Origin: Macrostomum hystrix
Taxonomy: Eukaryota; Animalia; Platyhelminthes
Assembly: GCA_950097015.1 (NCBI GenBank)
Contig: CATNEN010000002.1
Span: 4,340,001-4,404,000, forward strand
Reading direction: 5' to 3'
Length of the DNA: 64,000 nucleotides
Shown: piece after piece, positions 11,190 to 24,186 of the stretch
How positions within the stretch are numbered: the stretch's first letter is position 1
Layout: the number at the start of each line of letters is the position of its first letter
Position numbers and translations under genes: made by a program
Notes under the pieces: model-generated
What the model was told of the DNA's origin: nothing
Database searches by the model: none
The model's input: the letters and a program-made list of their open reading frames with translations, nothing else

Positions 11190-14100
11190 ATGGCAGCTTC
11201 CAATAGAGCTGCTTATTCGCTGCTCATTGCGCTGCTTCTGCGGTTGCTTAGCAACGCGGAATGCTTGCCCGCGGCTACGGACGCCGCCCCGCAACTGACT
11301 GACCGGGTGGGCATTGTGGGAGCCGGCCCAGCCGGGCTGCACATGGCCTACCTGCTCCGCAGCCTCGGATACAATAATCTGCTGCTCATTGAGTCATCCG
11401 GACGAGTCGGCGGACGATCCGTCACCTGGAAGGTGTCAGAGAATGACGCCGAATCGTTGCCGCATGAGTTGGGCACCTGCTATGTGAGCAGCGACTATGA
11501 GGACCTGAGGCGCATGGCTAGGGGAATCGGCTACCCGCTCGAAGAGGTGACGCTGCCGCCAGCGGTGATTCGAAAGTCGGCCTCCTCCACAGCTGGTCAG
11601 GTGCGAGAGCTACTCATTAACAATCGGATTAACAGCTAGGGATTAGCAGCTAGGGATTGGGAGTAGGATTAGCAGATTGGGATAAACAGCCAGGGATTAA
11701 CAGGTTTAAATAACAAACAGGGGGGCGCTTGGCAGAGCGGCCTCACCAAGGTCACTGAACTTGATTCCGCGGCGAGGCCACATTCATTTGGGGCGCAGCC
11801 GCGGAGAGAAGGCTTGGGGGCTTGGCGTACAATTCACGTCTTTGAGGGCCAACCTCCAAGGCGCTGTGAGAGTGTACACTGCCTGACGATGAGAAAGTCA
11901 GGATAGATGTACACGCCTGTGTTAGCGTGTGCCTGTGTACGGTATCTGTGTGCGTGTGTGCTCAGGAGTCAGCGGAATGGGCAGAATTGCCTCCTCGCTG
12001 GCTGCGGGTCTAGTGTCAGTGCCTGCAGCCCTCCTGCATTGTTCTCTCCGTGAGTTTGACCTCTAGCTTCTCCAAATGTATTTATTAGTTTAGGCAAGTA
12101 AATTTATTGTTTTTCATTTATCAAATTCGGCAGAGAGTTTGAGACCAGACGACTCAGGATAACAATGAAAACAATTTCAGAGGCGACTCAATTCTAAAAT
12201 TTAATTAAAGAAATTGAATTTAATGTAATGGGCAGAACCTGGTTTATGAGGAAGGTGACGAGATCGCTTTAGATAATTAATTTGTGACGCAAATGATGTA
12301 GACTAATTACTTGTGTGAGGAAGCCTTTACTTTCAACTCAGGGATTCGATGAAAATGTGTTTAAGAAACGTAAGGCTCTCTGTCCCTTCCTGTCTTGAAA
12401 ATTGTCTTGCGACTGCCTGCTCGCTAGGCAAAGGGAATGCGGTCGATGGACAAATCCTTTGTAGGCTTCAAACAATTTTAGTTAAAACTAGTGCGAAGCC
12501 GCACGAGTTCAAAGTTTTTGAAACTCGTGGCTTTTTTATTTTTATGAGTTTTTTAAGAGGACATGACCACAGGGAGCTTTTAGTACACTGGATAGCGCTT
12601 CGGACTTTTTGATGAGAGGTCATGAGTTCGAATCCCAATGTATTGGTAATCTATTTATATATTTTAGCATAAAACTTAAGCATGACAGTCGTTTTTCGGT
12701 TGCCCCGCTGTAAAATGGGTACCAGGATTAACACAGCAAACACAGCAGCGAATTTGAGTTTTCCATTAACACTTTTGACTCATCTGCCCCAGATGGACCT
12801 GATGGATTTCGTTCTACATCGCGTGCGTCACATCGATCCGGCTCTGTCGCCTGACTCGCCAACCGAGGTCGTGGCCAAGCGCATCCAAGACGTCGCCGGG
12901 CGCTACCTGCTACTCAGGTCCAAGGTGTTCCCGCCAGGCCAGCCCGACTACCTGGAATTCCCGCTGGCACAGCCCTCACCTGAGCTCATGTCTCACCTGA
13001 ACTGCAGCCTGCTGACCTACCTGGAGACTAACGAACTGCTGGCCTTGGAGCCCTATTTCCTCCTGGGCATGACCGCCATGGGCTACGGCAGTCCCAGTGA
13101 CACCTCCGCCATTTACGGCATGATGTGGATGACGCAGAAGTATCTGAACGACCTGCTGGTGTCTCGTCAGCAGTCCAAGCTGGGCATGCTGCGGAATGGC
13201 TTTCAGGTCCCATTTGAAGCATCACTGACTCTGTTCTGGTCATTGTTCTTGTGGAATGTCTCTCAGGTTCCATTTGAAGCATCACCGACTCTGTTCTGGT
13301 CATTGTTCTTGTGGAATGTCTCTCAGGTTCCATTTGAAGCATCACGACTCTGTTCTGGTCATTGTTCTTGTGGAATGTCTCTCAGGTTCCATTTGAAGGA
13401 AGCATCACGACTCTGTTCTGGTCATTGTTCTTGTGGAATGTCTCTCAGGTTCCATTTGAAGCATCACCGACTCTGTTCTGGTCATTTTTCTTGTGGAATA
13501 TCTCTCAGGTTCCATTTGAAGCATCACCGACTCTGTTCTGGTCATTTTTCTTGTGGAATGTCTCTCAGGTTCCATTTGAAGCATCACCGACTCTGTTCTG
13601 GTCATTGTTCTTGTGGAATGTCTCTCAGGTTCCATTTGAAGCATCACCGACTCTGTTCTGATGATTGTTCTTGTGGAATGTCTCTCAGGTTCCATTTGAA
13701 GCATCACCGACTCTGTTCTGGTCATTGTTCTTGTGGAATGTCTCTCAGGTTCCATTTGAAGCATCACCGACTCTGTTCCGATGATTGTTCTTGTGGAATG
13801 TCTCTCAGGTTACATTTGAAGCATCACCGACTCTGTTCTGGTCATTGTTCTTGTGGAATGTCTCTCAGGTTCCATTTGAAGCATCACCGACTCTTTTCTG
13901 GTCATTGTTCTTGTGGAATGTCTCTCAGGTTCCATTTGAAGCATCACCGACTCTGTTCTGGTCATTGTTCTTGTGGAATGTCTCTCAGGTTCCATTTGAA
14001 GCATCACCGACTCTGTTCTGGTCATTTTTCTTGTGGAATGTCTCTCAGGTTCCATTTGAAGCATCACCGACTCTGTTCTGGTCATTGTTCTTGTGGAATG

Positions 14101-14606
14101 TCTCTCAGGTTCCATTTGAAGCATAACCGACTCTGTTCTGGTCATTTTTCTCTCTACCAGACTTGTCTAGGAGACTTCCAAATGAAATATTTTCAGGCCT
14201 TTTGGGAAGCGGCTGCAGATCACCTGAAGCTGTCTGGTGGAGTCGATTTCCGCATGAACAGTCGCGTTGTCGGCGTCAACCGTGGTGGCGGTGACAGCCG
14301 AACTGTCACCATACGACTCGCCGATGGTCGAAAGGAGCAGGTGGACTGGCTGATCTGGACCCCTAGCACGCAGTTCATTGTTGAGGGCGATCTATTCGAA
14401 GATTTGACCGCTGAAGAGGCCGAAGTGTTTTCCGGTCTCAAGTCGAGGTCGTTTCGCACGAAGCTGGTGCAATTTACTGGACAACCCATGCTTGCTGCCG
14501 ACCCAGTGGCCTACTACCTGGATCAGTTAGATACCGACAGGTAGCTGAGCAACTTGCAGTGAGCTGTTGTACTCAGGAAGCAATAATATTCAGTGGAGGG
14601 TGCGGG

Positions 14607-14646
<40 letters not shown>

Positions 14647-15563
14647 TGCAGGAGGGCTGCGGGCAATGGCACATCATTTGGTGACACTAGACCCGCAGCC
14701 AGCGAGGAGGCAATTCTGCCCATTTCGCTGACTCCTGAGCACACACGCACACAGATACCGTACGCAGGCATACGCTCACACAGGTGTGTACATCTGCCCT
14801 GACTTTCTCATCGTCAGGCAGTGTACATTTCACTGTGCCTTGGAGGTTGGCCCTCAAGGGCGTAAATTGCACGACAAGCCCCCAAGCCTTCTCTCCGCGG
14901 CTGCAATCCAAAAAAATGTGGCCTCGCCGTGGAATCGAACTTAGGGACCTTGGTGCAAGAGGCAAGCGCGATAACCGCTCTGCCACCGACCCCCCAGGGT
15001 GCGGGGAAATGACACATTAATTCGGTGACTGTGAACCCGCATCCAGCGAAGAGGCCATTCTGCCCAGACTCCTGAGCACGCACGCACACGTGTGTTAGAT
15101 TCTCTAAAATTATTAGATTCCGAATGAAACTTCCCATTGTCGTTACAGGCCTAATTTGAACAAGCTTCTGGCAGTTCGCAACACAGAACTGACTCTAAAC
15201 CCGCCCGGCTCAACCGTTGAATCTGACAGCTCAAAGCAGAAAACTTCCACCATTGTTGCCTACTACTTGTCCGGATATGACAAGGACTCGGACAAAGACC
15301 TGCGCTTAGCCAGTGAACCAGATCCCATAGACGAAGGAATTACCCTGACCAACATCACATTTTCCTATATGCCGCGTTATTCCATCGCTGACATGGCTAA
15401 GGGCATGCTGTGGCGGCTGCTGCGCAATGTCCAGGGCGTCAGGCGCACCTGGTTTGCTGGCCACTCCGTGTGCTTTGACTCTGTAAAGAGTGTGATGAAA
15501 TACAACAAGATGCTGCTGCTGGTGGCCAACCCGTCCTTGGAGAACAGACTCAAAGAAATCTGA
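11190..15563 (+). CDS. Secreted FAD-dependent oxidoreductase (flavin amine-oxidase family), 4 exons: 11190-11600, 12793-13206, 14197-14540, 15149-15563; 527 aa
   Basis: Hydrophobic signal-like N-terminus; Rossmann motif VGIVGAGPAGLHMA; E..GRVGG and HELGTCY motifs; C-terminal QGVRRTWFAGHSVCFDSV. All introns GT-AG, phases 0,0,2 consistent, total 1584 nt. Confidence 0.8.
11720..12040 (+). mobile_element. SINE family 1 copy in oxidase intron 1
   Basis: A-box-like tggcagagcgg, degenerate B-box, full shared body. Confidence 0.85.
12572..12735 (+). mobile_element. tRNA-derived SINE, family 2 (CORE-like), degenerate
   Basis: tRNA-like head ending gagttcgaatcc, then ttagcataaaacttaa...ccccgctgtaaaatgggtacc, resembling the CORE-SINE central domain. 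Confidence 0.55.
13207..14150 (+). repeat. 60-bp tandem array (16 units, each GT...AG) filling oxidase intron 2
   Basis: Unit gttccatttgaagcatcaccgactctgttctggtcattgttcttgtggaatgtctctcag. Starts at 13207, 13267, 13327, 13386, 13449, then every 60 bp to 14109. Confidence 0.95.
14610..14995 (-). mobile_element. SINE family 1, full length with (ATT)n tail and 13-bp TSD
   Basis: Head ggggggtcggtggcagagcgg...aagttcgattcc. TSD agggtgcggggaa at 14597-14609 and 14996-15008. Confidence 0.92.
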
Positions 15564-15700
15564 GATTCTGCAGGACGCCCAACTCTTAGAAGGGTTGACT
15601 AATCCAGAAAAAACTGACTCTCGGTTTTCATTCAAATACCGACTTCGAGGGTCGCTGATAAAAATTGTGAAACTTTTTTGAAGTTTTTTTGCCACTTGGT

Positions 15701-16125
15701 CAGTCATTCAGTCATTCAGTCAGTCAGTCAGTCAGTCAGTCAGTCAGTCAGTCAGTCAGTCAGTCAGTCAGTCAGTCAGTCAGTCAGTCAGTCAGTCAGT
15801 CAGTCAGTCAGTCAGTCAGTCAGTCAGTCAGTCAGTCAGTCAGTCAGTCAGTCAGAGATATCAAGGTATCAAGGTAGATATCTAGGGAGTCAGTGGGATA
15901 TCTAGGGAGTCAGTGGGATACCTAGAGAGTAAGTGGGATATCTAGGGAGTGAGTGGGATACCTAGAGAGTCAATGGGATATCTAGAGATTCAGTGGGATA
16001 TCTAGGGAGTCAGTGGGATATCTAGGGAGTCAGTGGGATATCTAGAGAGTCAGTGGGATATCTAGGGAGTCAGTGGGAAATCTAAGGAGTCAGTGGGATA
16101 TCTAAGGAGTCAGTGGGATATATTG
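15701..16125. repeat. (CAGT)n microsatellite followed by a 20-bp unit (agtcagtgggatatctaggg)
   Basis: Read directly. Confidence 0.9.
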
Positions 16126-16442
16126 GGAGTCAAGGGCGAAGCAATGGCCTCCTTATTGAGCACACAGAAAACATTTCCAACAGAGAATTTGACCCCGGCA
16201 AAACCGTTAATTATTGCGTGACTGCCGTTTTCAGCCAGCCACCAAAGCCAGGTCGCACGCAAGTCGCATCGCTCTTATCAGTCTTATATCCCTGCTGCAC
16301 CAAATTCACTGAAAATAGCCAGCACTGCTTTGATGTGCTGAGTGAGGCATTTCAACTGGCTAGGGAGAAATGATATATTCATGACAATCCCATTGCAGAG
16401 TGTGACCGTTTCAGTAATTCCCCATTTCCGTGACTTCTGCGA

Positions 16443-17415
16443 CGGAGAGATCAGACAGGGAGAGATGAGGGTGACATGAGACAGGGGGAGACTAGACAGA
16501 GAGAGATGAGACAAGAAGAGTTGAGATTCGGGAGCGATGGGACGTGGGAGAGATGAGGCATGCGAGAGATGAAATACGGGAGAGATGAGGGTGAGATGAG
16601 ACAGGGAGAGATGAGACAGGGAGAGATGAGACACGGGAGAGATGAGGGAGAGATGAGACACGGGAGAGATGAGACATGGAGAGATGAGACATGGAGAGAT
16701 GAGACTGGGAGAGATGAGACAGGGAGAGATGAGACAGGGAGGCATGAGAAAGGGAGAGTTGAGACGGGGAGGGATGAGACACGGGAGGGATGAGACACGG
16801 GAGAGATGAGACAGGGAGAGATGAGACACGGGAGAGATGAGACATGGAGAGATGAGACAGGGAGAGATGAGACATGGAGAGATGAGACATGGAGAGATGA
16901 GACATGGAGAGATGAGACAGGGAGAGATGAGACAGGGAGAGATGAGACATGGAGAGATGAGACATGGAGAGATGAGACTGGGAGAGATGAGACAGGGAGA
17001 GATGAGACAGGGAGGCATGAGAAAGGGAGAGTTGAGACGGGGAGGGATGAGACACGGTAGAGATGAGACACAGGAGAGATGAGACACGGGAGAGATGAGA
17101 CACAGGAGAGCTGAGACACAGGAGAAATGAGACACAGTGAGAGCTGAGACACAGGAGAGATGAGACACAGGAGAGATGAGACACGGGAGAGTTGAGACAC
17201 AGGAGAGCTGAGACACGGGAGAGATGAGACACGGGAGAGATGAGACACAGGAGAGATGAGACACAGGAAAGATGAGACACGGGAGAGATAAGACAGGGAG
17301 AGATGAGACAGGGAGAGATGAGACAGGGAGAGATGAGACACGGGAGAGATGAGACAGGGAGAGATGAGACAGGGAGAGATGAGACAGGGAGACATGAAAC
17401 AGGGAGAGATGAGGC
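16443..17415. repeat. Purine-rich minisatellite (gagagatgagac-based, 15-17 bp); same family as 51705-52415
   Basis: Read directly; explains the SHLS/CLISP ORFs. Confidence 0.9.
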
Positions 17416-18061
17416 AGAGGCTGTGCCTACATAGATTTTTCACGAATCTAAAAACAATCACCTGGCATATTTTTCTAAACAATTTTTCCCAATTCCTTTT
17501 TTAAGAGCAAACACGGGCAGCCCAGGTGGTGACGAAATCGCCTAAAATCAAAGATTAGCCAGGTAAGGGTAGCAGCGGCTCTAGCCTGTCTAATCCCTAA
17601 CCTCCCACGGTCGGGTGTCAAAAAGAATTTCCTCCCCACCCGCATGCCGTCACAGGTCTTTATAACGGAGGCGCAAAATGGCTTCGCTTCGAGCAGCTCG
17701 CGATGGAATGGAATTTGAGTGCTTTCCCAAGGCCTGTAGTAAAAATGGACCAATTGTTTGGCTTCTGATAGTTTATAAGCCTTTTCCCAGAGTCCATTTC
17801 TTGACAGGCACTGCCGCCTCAAGCCGTGTTAATTTTCCACCTGTCCTGTCGAACTGGCTTGCTCTAATCTAGGCAGATTTTTTCCCGAAAAAAATCTAGC
17901 TAATATAATGATTGTATTTTTTGTCGGATTTTAATAAATTTTAGCGCCTTCTGCGTTGACAACTCCCCACCTTCCTTTGCATTCGTTCCTTTCCGCCTTC
18001 TTTAGGACCTTTTCCCCCTGACCAGTCAGGTTTCTTTTTTATCACCCCATCATCTGCTTTC

Positions 18062-20435
18062 CTAACCCTTCATTCTTCCCTAGCCCTTCATTCTTCCCGA
18101 ACCCTTCATTCTTCCCCAACCCTTCATTCTTCCCTAGCCCTTCATTCTTCCCTAGCCCATCATTCTTCCCCTACCCTTCATTCTTCCCCTACCTTCATTC
18201 TTCCCCTACCCTTCATTCTTCCCCAACCCTTCATTCTTTCTCAAACCTTCATTCTTCCCCAACCCTTCATTCTTCCCCTACCCTTCATTCTTCCTTAAAC
18301 CTTCATTCTTCCCCTACCCTTCATTCTTCTCCAACCCTTCATTCTTCCCCTACCCTTCACTTTTCCCCTACCCTTCATTCTTCCCCAACCCTTCATTCTT
18401 CCCCTACCCTTCATTCTTCCCCTACCCTTTATTCTTCCCCTACCCTTCATTATTCCTCCAACCTTCATTCTTCCCCAAACCTTCATTCTTCCCCTACCCT
18501 TCATTCTTCCCCCTACCCTTTATTCTTCCCCAACCCTTATTCTTCCCCAACCCTTCATTCTTCCCCTACCCTTCATTCTTCCCCTACCCTTCATTCTTCC
18601 CCAACCCTTCATTCTTCCCCTACCCTTCATTCTTCACCCACCCTTCATTCTTCCCCAACCCTTCATTCTTCCCCAACCCTTCATTCTTCACCAACCTTTC
18701 ATTCTTCACCAACCCTTCATTCTTCCCCAAACCTTCATTCTTCCCCTACCCTTCATTCTTCCTCAAACCTTCATTCTTACCCTACCCTTCATTCTTCCTC
18801 AAACCTTCATTCTTCCTCAAACCTTCATTCTTCCCCAACCCTTCATTCTTCCCCAACCCTTCATTCTTCCCCAACCCTTCATTCTTCCCCTACCCTTCAT
18901 TCTTCCCCAACCCTTCATTCTTCCTCAAACCTTCATTCTTCCCCTACCCTTCATTCTTCACCAACCTTTCATTCTTCCCCTACCCTTCATTCTTCCCCTA
19001 CCCTTCATTCTTCCCCTACCCTTCATTCTTCACCCACCCTTCATTCTTCCCCAACCCTTCATTCTTCCCCAACCCTTCATTCTTCACCAACCTTTCATTC
19101 TTCACCAACCCTTCATTCTTCCCCAAACCTTCATTCTTCCCCTACCCTTCATTCTTCCCCTACCCTTCATTCTTCACCCACCCTTCATTCTTCCCTAACC
19201 CTTCATTCTTCCCCAACCCTTCATTCTTCACCAACCTTTCATTCTTCCCCTACCCTTCATTCTTCCCCAACCCTTCATTCTTCACCAACCTTTCATTCTT
19301 CACCAACCCTTCATTCTTCCCCAAACCTTCATTCTTCCCCTACCCTTCATTCTTCCTCAAACCTTCATTCTTCCCCTACCGTTCATTCTTTCCCAACCCT
19401 TCATTCTTCCCCAACCCTTCATTCTTCCCCTACCCTTCATTCTTCACCAACCTTTCATTCTTCCCCTACCCTTCATTCTTCCCCTACCCTTCATTCTTCC
19501 CCTACCCTTCATTCTTCCTCAAGCCTTCATTCTTCCCTAACCCTTTATTCTTCCCCAACCCTTCATTCTTCCCCTACCCTTCATTCTTCCCCTACCCTTC
19601 ATTCTTCCCCTACCCTTCATTCTTCCCCAACCCTTCATTCTTCACCAACCTTTCATTCTTCACCAACCCTTCATTCTTCCCCAACCCTTCATTCTTCACC
19701 AACCTTTCATTCTTCACCAACCCTTCATTCTTCCCCAAACCTTCATTCTTCCCCTACCCTTCATTCTTCCCCTACCCTTTATTCTTCACCCACCCTTCAT
19801 TCTTCCCCAACCTTTCATTCTTCACCAACCCTTCATTCTTCCCCAAACCTTCATTCTTCCCCTACCCTTCATTCTTCCTCAAACCTTCATTCTTCCCCTA
19901 CCGTTCATTCTTTCCCAACCCTTCATTCTTCCCCAACCCTTCATTCTTCCCCTTCCCTTCATTCTTCACCAACCTTTCATTCTTCCCCTACCCTTCATTC
20001 TTCCCCTACCCTTCATTCTTCCCCTACCCTTTATTCTTCCTCAAGCCTTCATTCTTCCCTAACCCTTCATTCTTCCCCAACCCTTCATTCTTCCCCTACC
20101 CTTCATTCTTCACCAACCTTTCATTCTTCCCCTACCCTTCATTCTTCCCCTACCCTTCATTCTTCCTCAAGCCTTCATTCTTCCCTAACCCTTTATTCTT
20201 CCCCAACCCTTCATTCTTCCCCTACCCTTTATTCTTCCCCTACCCTTCATTCTTCCCCTACCCTTCATTCTTCCCCAACCCTTCATTCTTCACCAACCTT
20301 TCATTCTTCAACAACCCTTCATTCTTCCCCAACCCTTCATTCTTCACCAACCTTTCATTCTTCACCAACCCTTCATTCTTCCCCAAACCTTCATTCTTCC
20401 CCTACCCTTCATTCTTCCTCCAACCTTCATTCTTA
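18062..20435. repeat. Pyrimidine-rich minisatellite, 18 bp unit (cttcattcttcccctacc), about 2.4 kb
   Basis: Read directly; higher-order variant pattern visible. Confidence 0.95.
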
Positions 20436-20929
20436 CCCACAATTCATTATTGCCCTCCTTTCTTCCACTTCACCATACCTGTGTATTTAAGGCATTGTGG
20501 ACCAGGATAAGTTAAGTAAGCCCTAACGCCATGAGCACCTCCATCCATAGATCTTATATTCCCAAAGTGAATCCCACAATTGGGCAGCCATGTTGGCTAA
20601 TTGCACGCATCAATTTGGGCGTGAGGCCCCAGATTTTTTCCTGCACAACCTGTCACGTCGGGTGTCAGGACCCCCACCTGCAGGTTAATTAAGCAGCTCA
20701 ACTCGAACGAACTGCGAAAATATTCTGAGCGATGGATTAGGAGGATTAGCAGACACGGCCTGGCACTGATTTATAATTAGATTTAGAGTGAGCTAGAAAA
20801 TTTTATCAACTCGGATGTGCGAACAAAGGCTAATGGAATAGATTTACAAATACTAGCCATGGGTAGATACTGGTGAACCTCCTCCTTTCGAAACTCCCAT
20901 TTTTTATCTGTAATTTCCGTATTTGAATT

Positions 20930-21345
20930 CTTTCTTACCCTCCCATCTTTCTTACCCTCCCATCTTTCCTACCCTCCCATCTTTCTTACCCTCCTATCTT
21001 TCTTACCCTCCCATCTTTCTTTGCCTCCTATCTTTCTTACCCTCCCATCTTTCTTACCCTCTCATCTTTCTTACCCTCCCATCTTTCCTACCCTCCCATC
21101 TTTCTTACCCTTCCATCTTTCTTACCCTCCCATCTTTCTTACCCTCCCATCTTTCTTACCCTCCCATTTTTCTTTCCCTCCCATCTTTCTTACCCTCCCA
21201 TCTTTCTTTCCATCTTATCTTTCCTACCCTCCCATCTTTCTTTCCAACTTATCTTTCCTACCCTCCCATCTTTCTTACCCTCTCATCTTTCTTACCCTCC
21301 AATCTTTCTTACCCTCCCATCTTTCTTACCCTCCTATCTTTTCTC
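20930..21345. repeat. Minisatellite, 17 bp unit (tttcttaccctcccatc)
   Basis: Read directly. Confidence 0.92.
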
Positions 21346-22574
21346 TCTCTCTCTGCCCTTTATTACTGCTCATCCTTCAACAATGCCCTGACAGCAGTCA
21401 GATTTCTCTCGAGTGCTTCTCAAACGTATCTCGCTTGGCTGGGCTTGAGTTGAGCTGAGCTGAGCGGAGACAGAAAACATCCCTGCACCTCCCTATCGCA
21501 GATAATCCCAATTCCGCTCCCAACCCCTCCCCATCGGAAAATCCGAGCATCGCATCATGTGGCCTAGTCTTATCCTGTTCGGCAAATCCCAAACAGACTA
21601 TTGGCTGATTCCCTACCCCGTTTCTCTGACTCTTTCGTGAGCGAGAAAATCCCATTGTGCGGCCTCCTCGTGTCAGCGACCAATCGCAGACATCCTATTC
21701 GATTTCTAAGTCTCTCCGTCTGTCTCTCTCTCCGTGGCAGTCAGTTGGTTGCTTGTTTTTTCATTACGAGCTGAGGAGAAAAGACTCGCTTGATCCGATC
21801 CTTGTCTATACTAATTTCGATCCAGTTGCTACTCGATGGTGGGATCGGGGTTGGGGTTGGTTGTTACAGGACTCGATCGCCAATCAATGCCAAGAGATTC
21901 CATAGGTGGGAGGCTGTCGCTGAGGGTGGGAGGGATTTTGGCGATAGAAGGAGAGCAGGATGACGGGACGGGCTGCGGGTCGAAAGGGGAGTGAGGCACT
22001 GAGGGGTGGCTATAGATTCTCAATAGATTAAATAAGAAGGCACAGTGAAAGCGCTGTCACATGGAGTGGGGTAGGCAGTAAACAGTCAATCTGTGTATAT
22101 TGAAAAATTCCTTATTTGAAATCAATTTTCGTTGAAGAACCCAGCTTGGTTCAAAGGTAAGTTGAAAAATTCAATAAAAATACTGCTTTGCCAATGCCTA
22201 TTGCCAATGCTGTATTAAAGCTGTCAATCATCTAAAAAAGTATTATTTTTTATCTCTTATGAGCTAAAAAATGCTTTTAACAGATTTCTGAGAGGATGTG
22301 AGCAAATAAGCTGCCACTTTACTGGCACAGATTAACTATTCATAAAAGCTTTTAACCACGAACGATGGGAGGTATAGGTGCGAAAAAAATCCAACTTTTT
22401 TTGTTGCCATGGAAACCGTAGAAGCGAAAAAATTTTCCCGCTAACTCAATTCGTTGCAAAGATCTCAAACTGTATTAGGGGTTTCCCAGTTAACTTTTTC
22501 TATTTGAACTGTCTTTATTTGCTGTGAAAGCCAACCTCTTGATTATCGGCTGGCTTGTATCGCTTCTCCTCCCC

Positions 22575-23535
22575 CTCTCCTCTCTCCCTCTGCCTCTCCC
22601 TCTACCTCTTCCTCTCCCTCTGCCTCTCCCTCTACCTCTTCCTCTCCCTCTGCCTCTACCTCTCCCTCTCCCTCTTCCTCTCCCTCTGCCTCTACCTCTT
22701 CCTCTCCCTCTCCCTCTACCTCTCCCTCTAACTCTCCATCTCCCTCTACCTCTCCCTCTACCTCTCCCTCTAGCTCTCCCTCTCCCTCTCCCTCTCCCTC
22801 TGCCTCTACCTCTTCCTCTCCCTCTCCCTCTACCTCTCCCTCTAACTCTCCATCTCCCTCTACCTCTCCCTCTACCTCTCCCTCTAGCTCTACCTCTACC
22901 TCTCCCTCTCCCTCTACCTCTCCCTCTCCCTCTCCCTCTCCCTCTACCTCTCCCTCTCCCTCTACCCCTCGCTCTACCCCTCCCTCTCCCTCTCCCTCTC
23001 CCTCTCCCTCTCCCTCTCCCTCTACCCCTCGCTCTACCCCTCCCTCTCCCTCTCCCTCTACCTCTCCCTCTCCCTCTACCTCTACCTCTCCCTCTCCCTC
23101 TCCCTCTCCCTCTCCCTCTCCCTCTCCCTCTCCCTCTCCCTCTCCCTCTCCCTCTCCCTCTACCTCTACCTCTCCCTCTCCCTCTACCTCTCCCTCTTCC
23201 TCTACCCCTCGCTCTACCTCTACCTCTCCCTCTCCCTCTACCTGTCCTTCTCCCTCTACCTCTCGCTCTCGCTCTCCCTCTCCCTCTCCCTCTACCTCTC
23301 CCTCTACCTCTCCCTCTACCTCTATCTCTCCCTCTACCTCTCCCTCTCCCTCTACCTCTCCCTCTCCCTCTACCTCTCCCTCTTCCTCTACCCCTCGCTC
23401 TACCTCTACCTCTCCCTCTCCCTCTACCTGTCCTTCTTCCTCTACCTCTCGCTCTCCCTCTCCCTCTCCCTCTCCCTCTCCCTCTCCCTCTCACTTTCCC
23501 TCTCTTTCTATTTCTCCCTCTACCTCTCCGTCTAC
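22575..23535. repeat. (CCCTCT)n hexamer tract
   Basis: Read directly; source of the poly-RG and poly-LP ORFs. Confidence 0.95.
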
Positions 23536-24186
23536 CTCTCCCTCAATATCTTCCTCTGACTCTCTTTATCTCTCCATCTCGCTCCGCCTCAACCCCACAG
23601 TCTTCCTGTTCATCCATCCCAGTCTTTCTACAGTCTCCCCTGTCGCCTGTCATTTTACCGAGCCACACATTTTCCCATCCCTAGACGAATTCTATTCTTG
23701 AATAGCCTTCCTATGTATTTTATCCCATCACAACAGGCATATTCCATCCCGCTCGTGCATTTCATTTCCATTCCCAGCTCAAAGCGGTCTCGTTCTCGGG
23801 AGCATGAAAAAGTCTTTAAGGATTTGCTCCAATGGTCCACGAACCTCGCAGCTGCCGTACCCGCCTTTCATAGAAATACAGCAGCGAGAGAAAACGACTG
23901 CCCTGCATTCTTTTTTTTCTGTCCTAGGCACACGCTATATTTAGCGAAATCCCACTAGCAACGTAAAGCCAGTTCAATTTCTAGTGGGAAATATGGGCAG
24001 TCCAGAGACGTCCCCCAAGAAGCATAAAATGATATATACGAGAAATGCTCGTAGAAATGCTCAATCTCCAACTAGCCTGAGATGGATATAAACTGCAATG
24101 CTGGATTAAGTTAGCTAGTCAATTTGGTGCTCTAAACATGCCTAAAGGGTAATCAAGTTAGACCGATAACAATGTATATCTAGCTC

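Noticed and set aside
12682-12792. N-terminal part of the 620-aa ORF as coding
   Set aside because: Overlaps a SINE family 2 remnant and lies upstream of the acceptor at 12792; the real exon starts at 12793.
14798-14832. Hammerhead-like motif CTGACGA-TGA-GAAA-GTC in the SINE central hairpin
   Set aside because: No stem II or stem III can form between the core motifs and there is no correctly placed NUH; the segment folds as a simple CCTGAC/GTCAGG hairpin.
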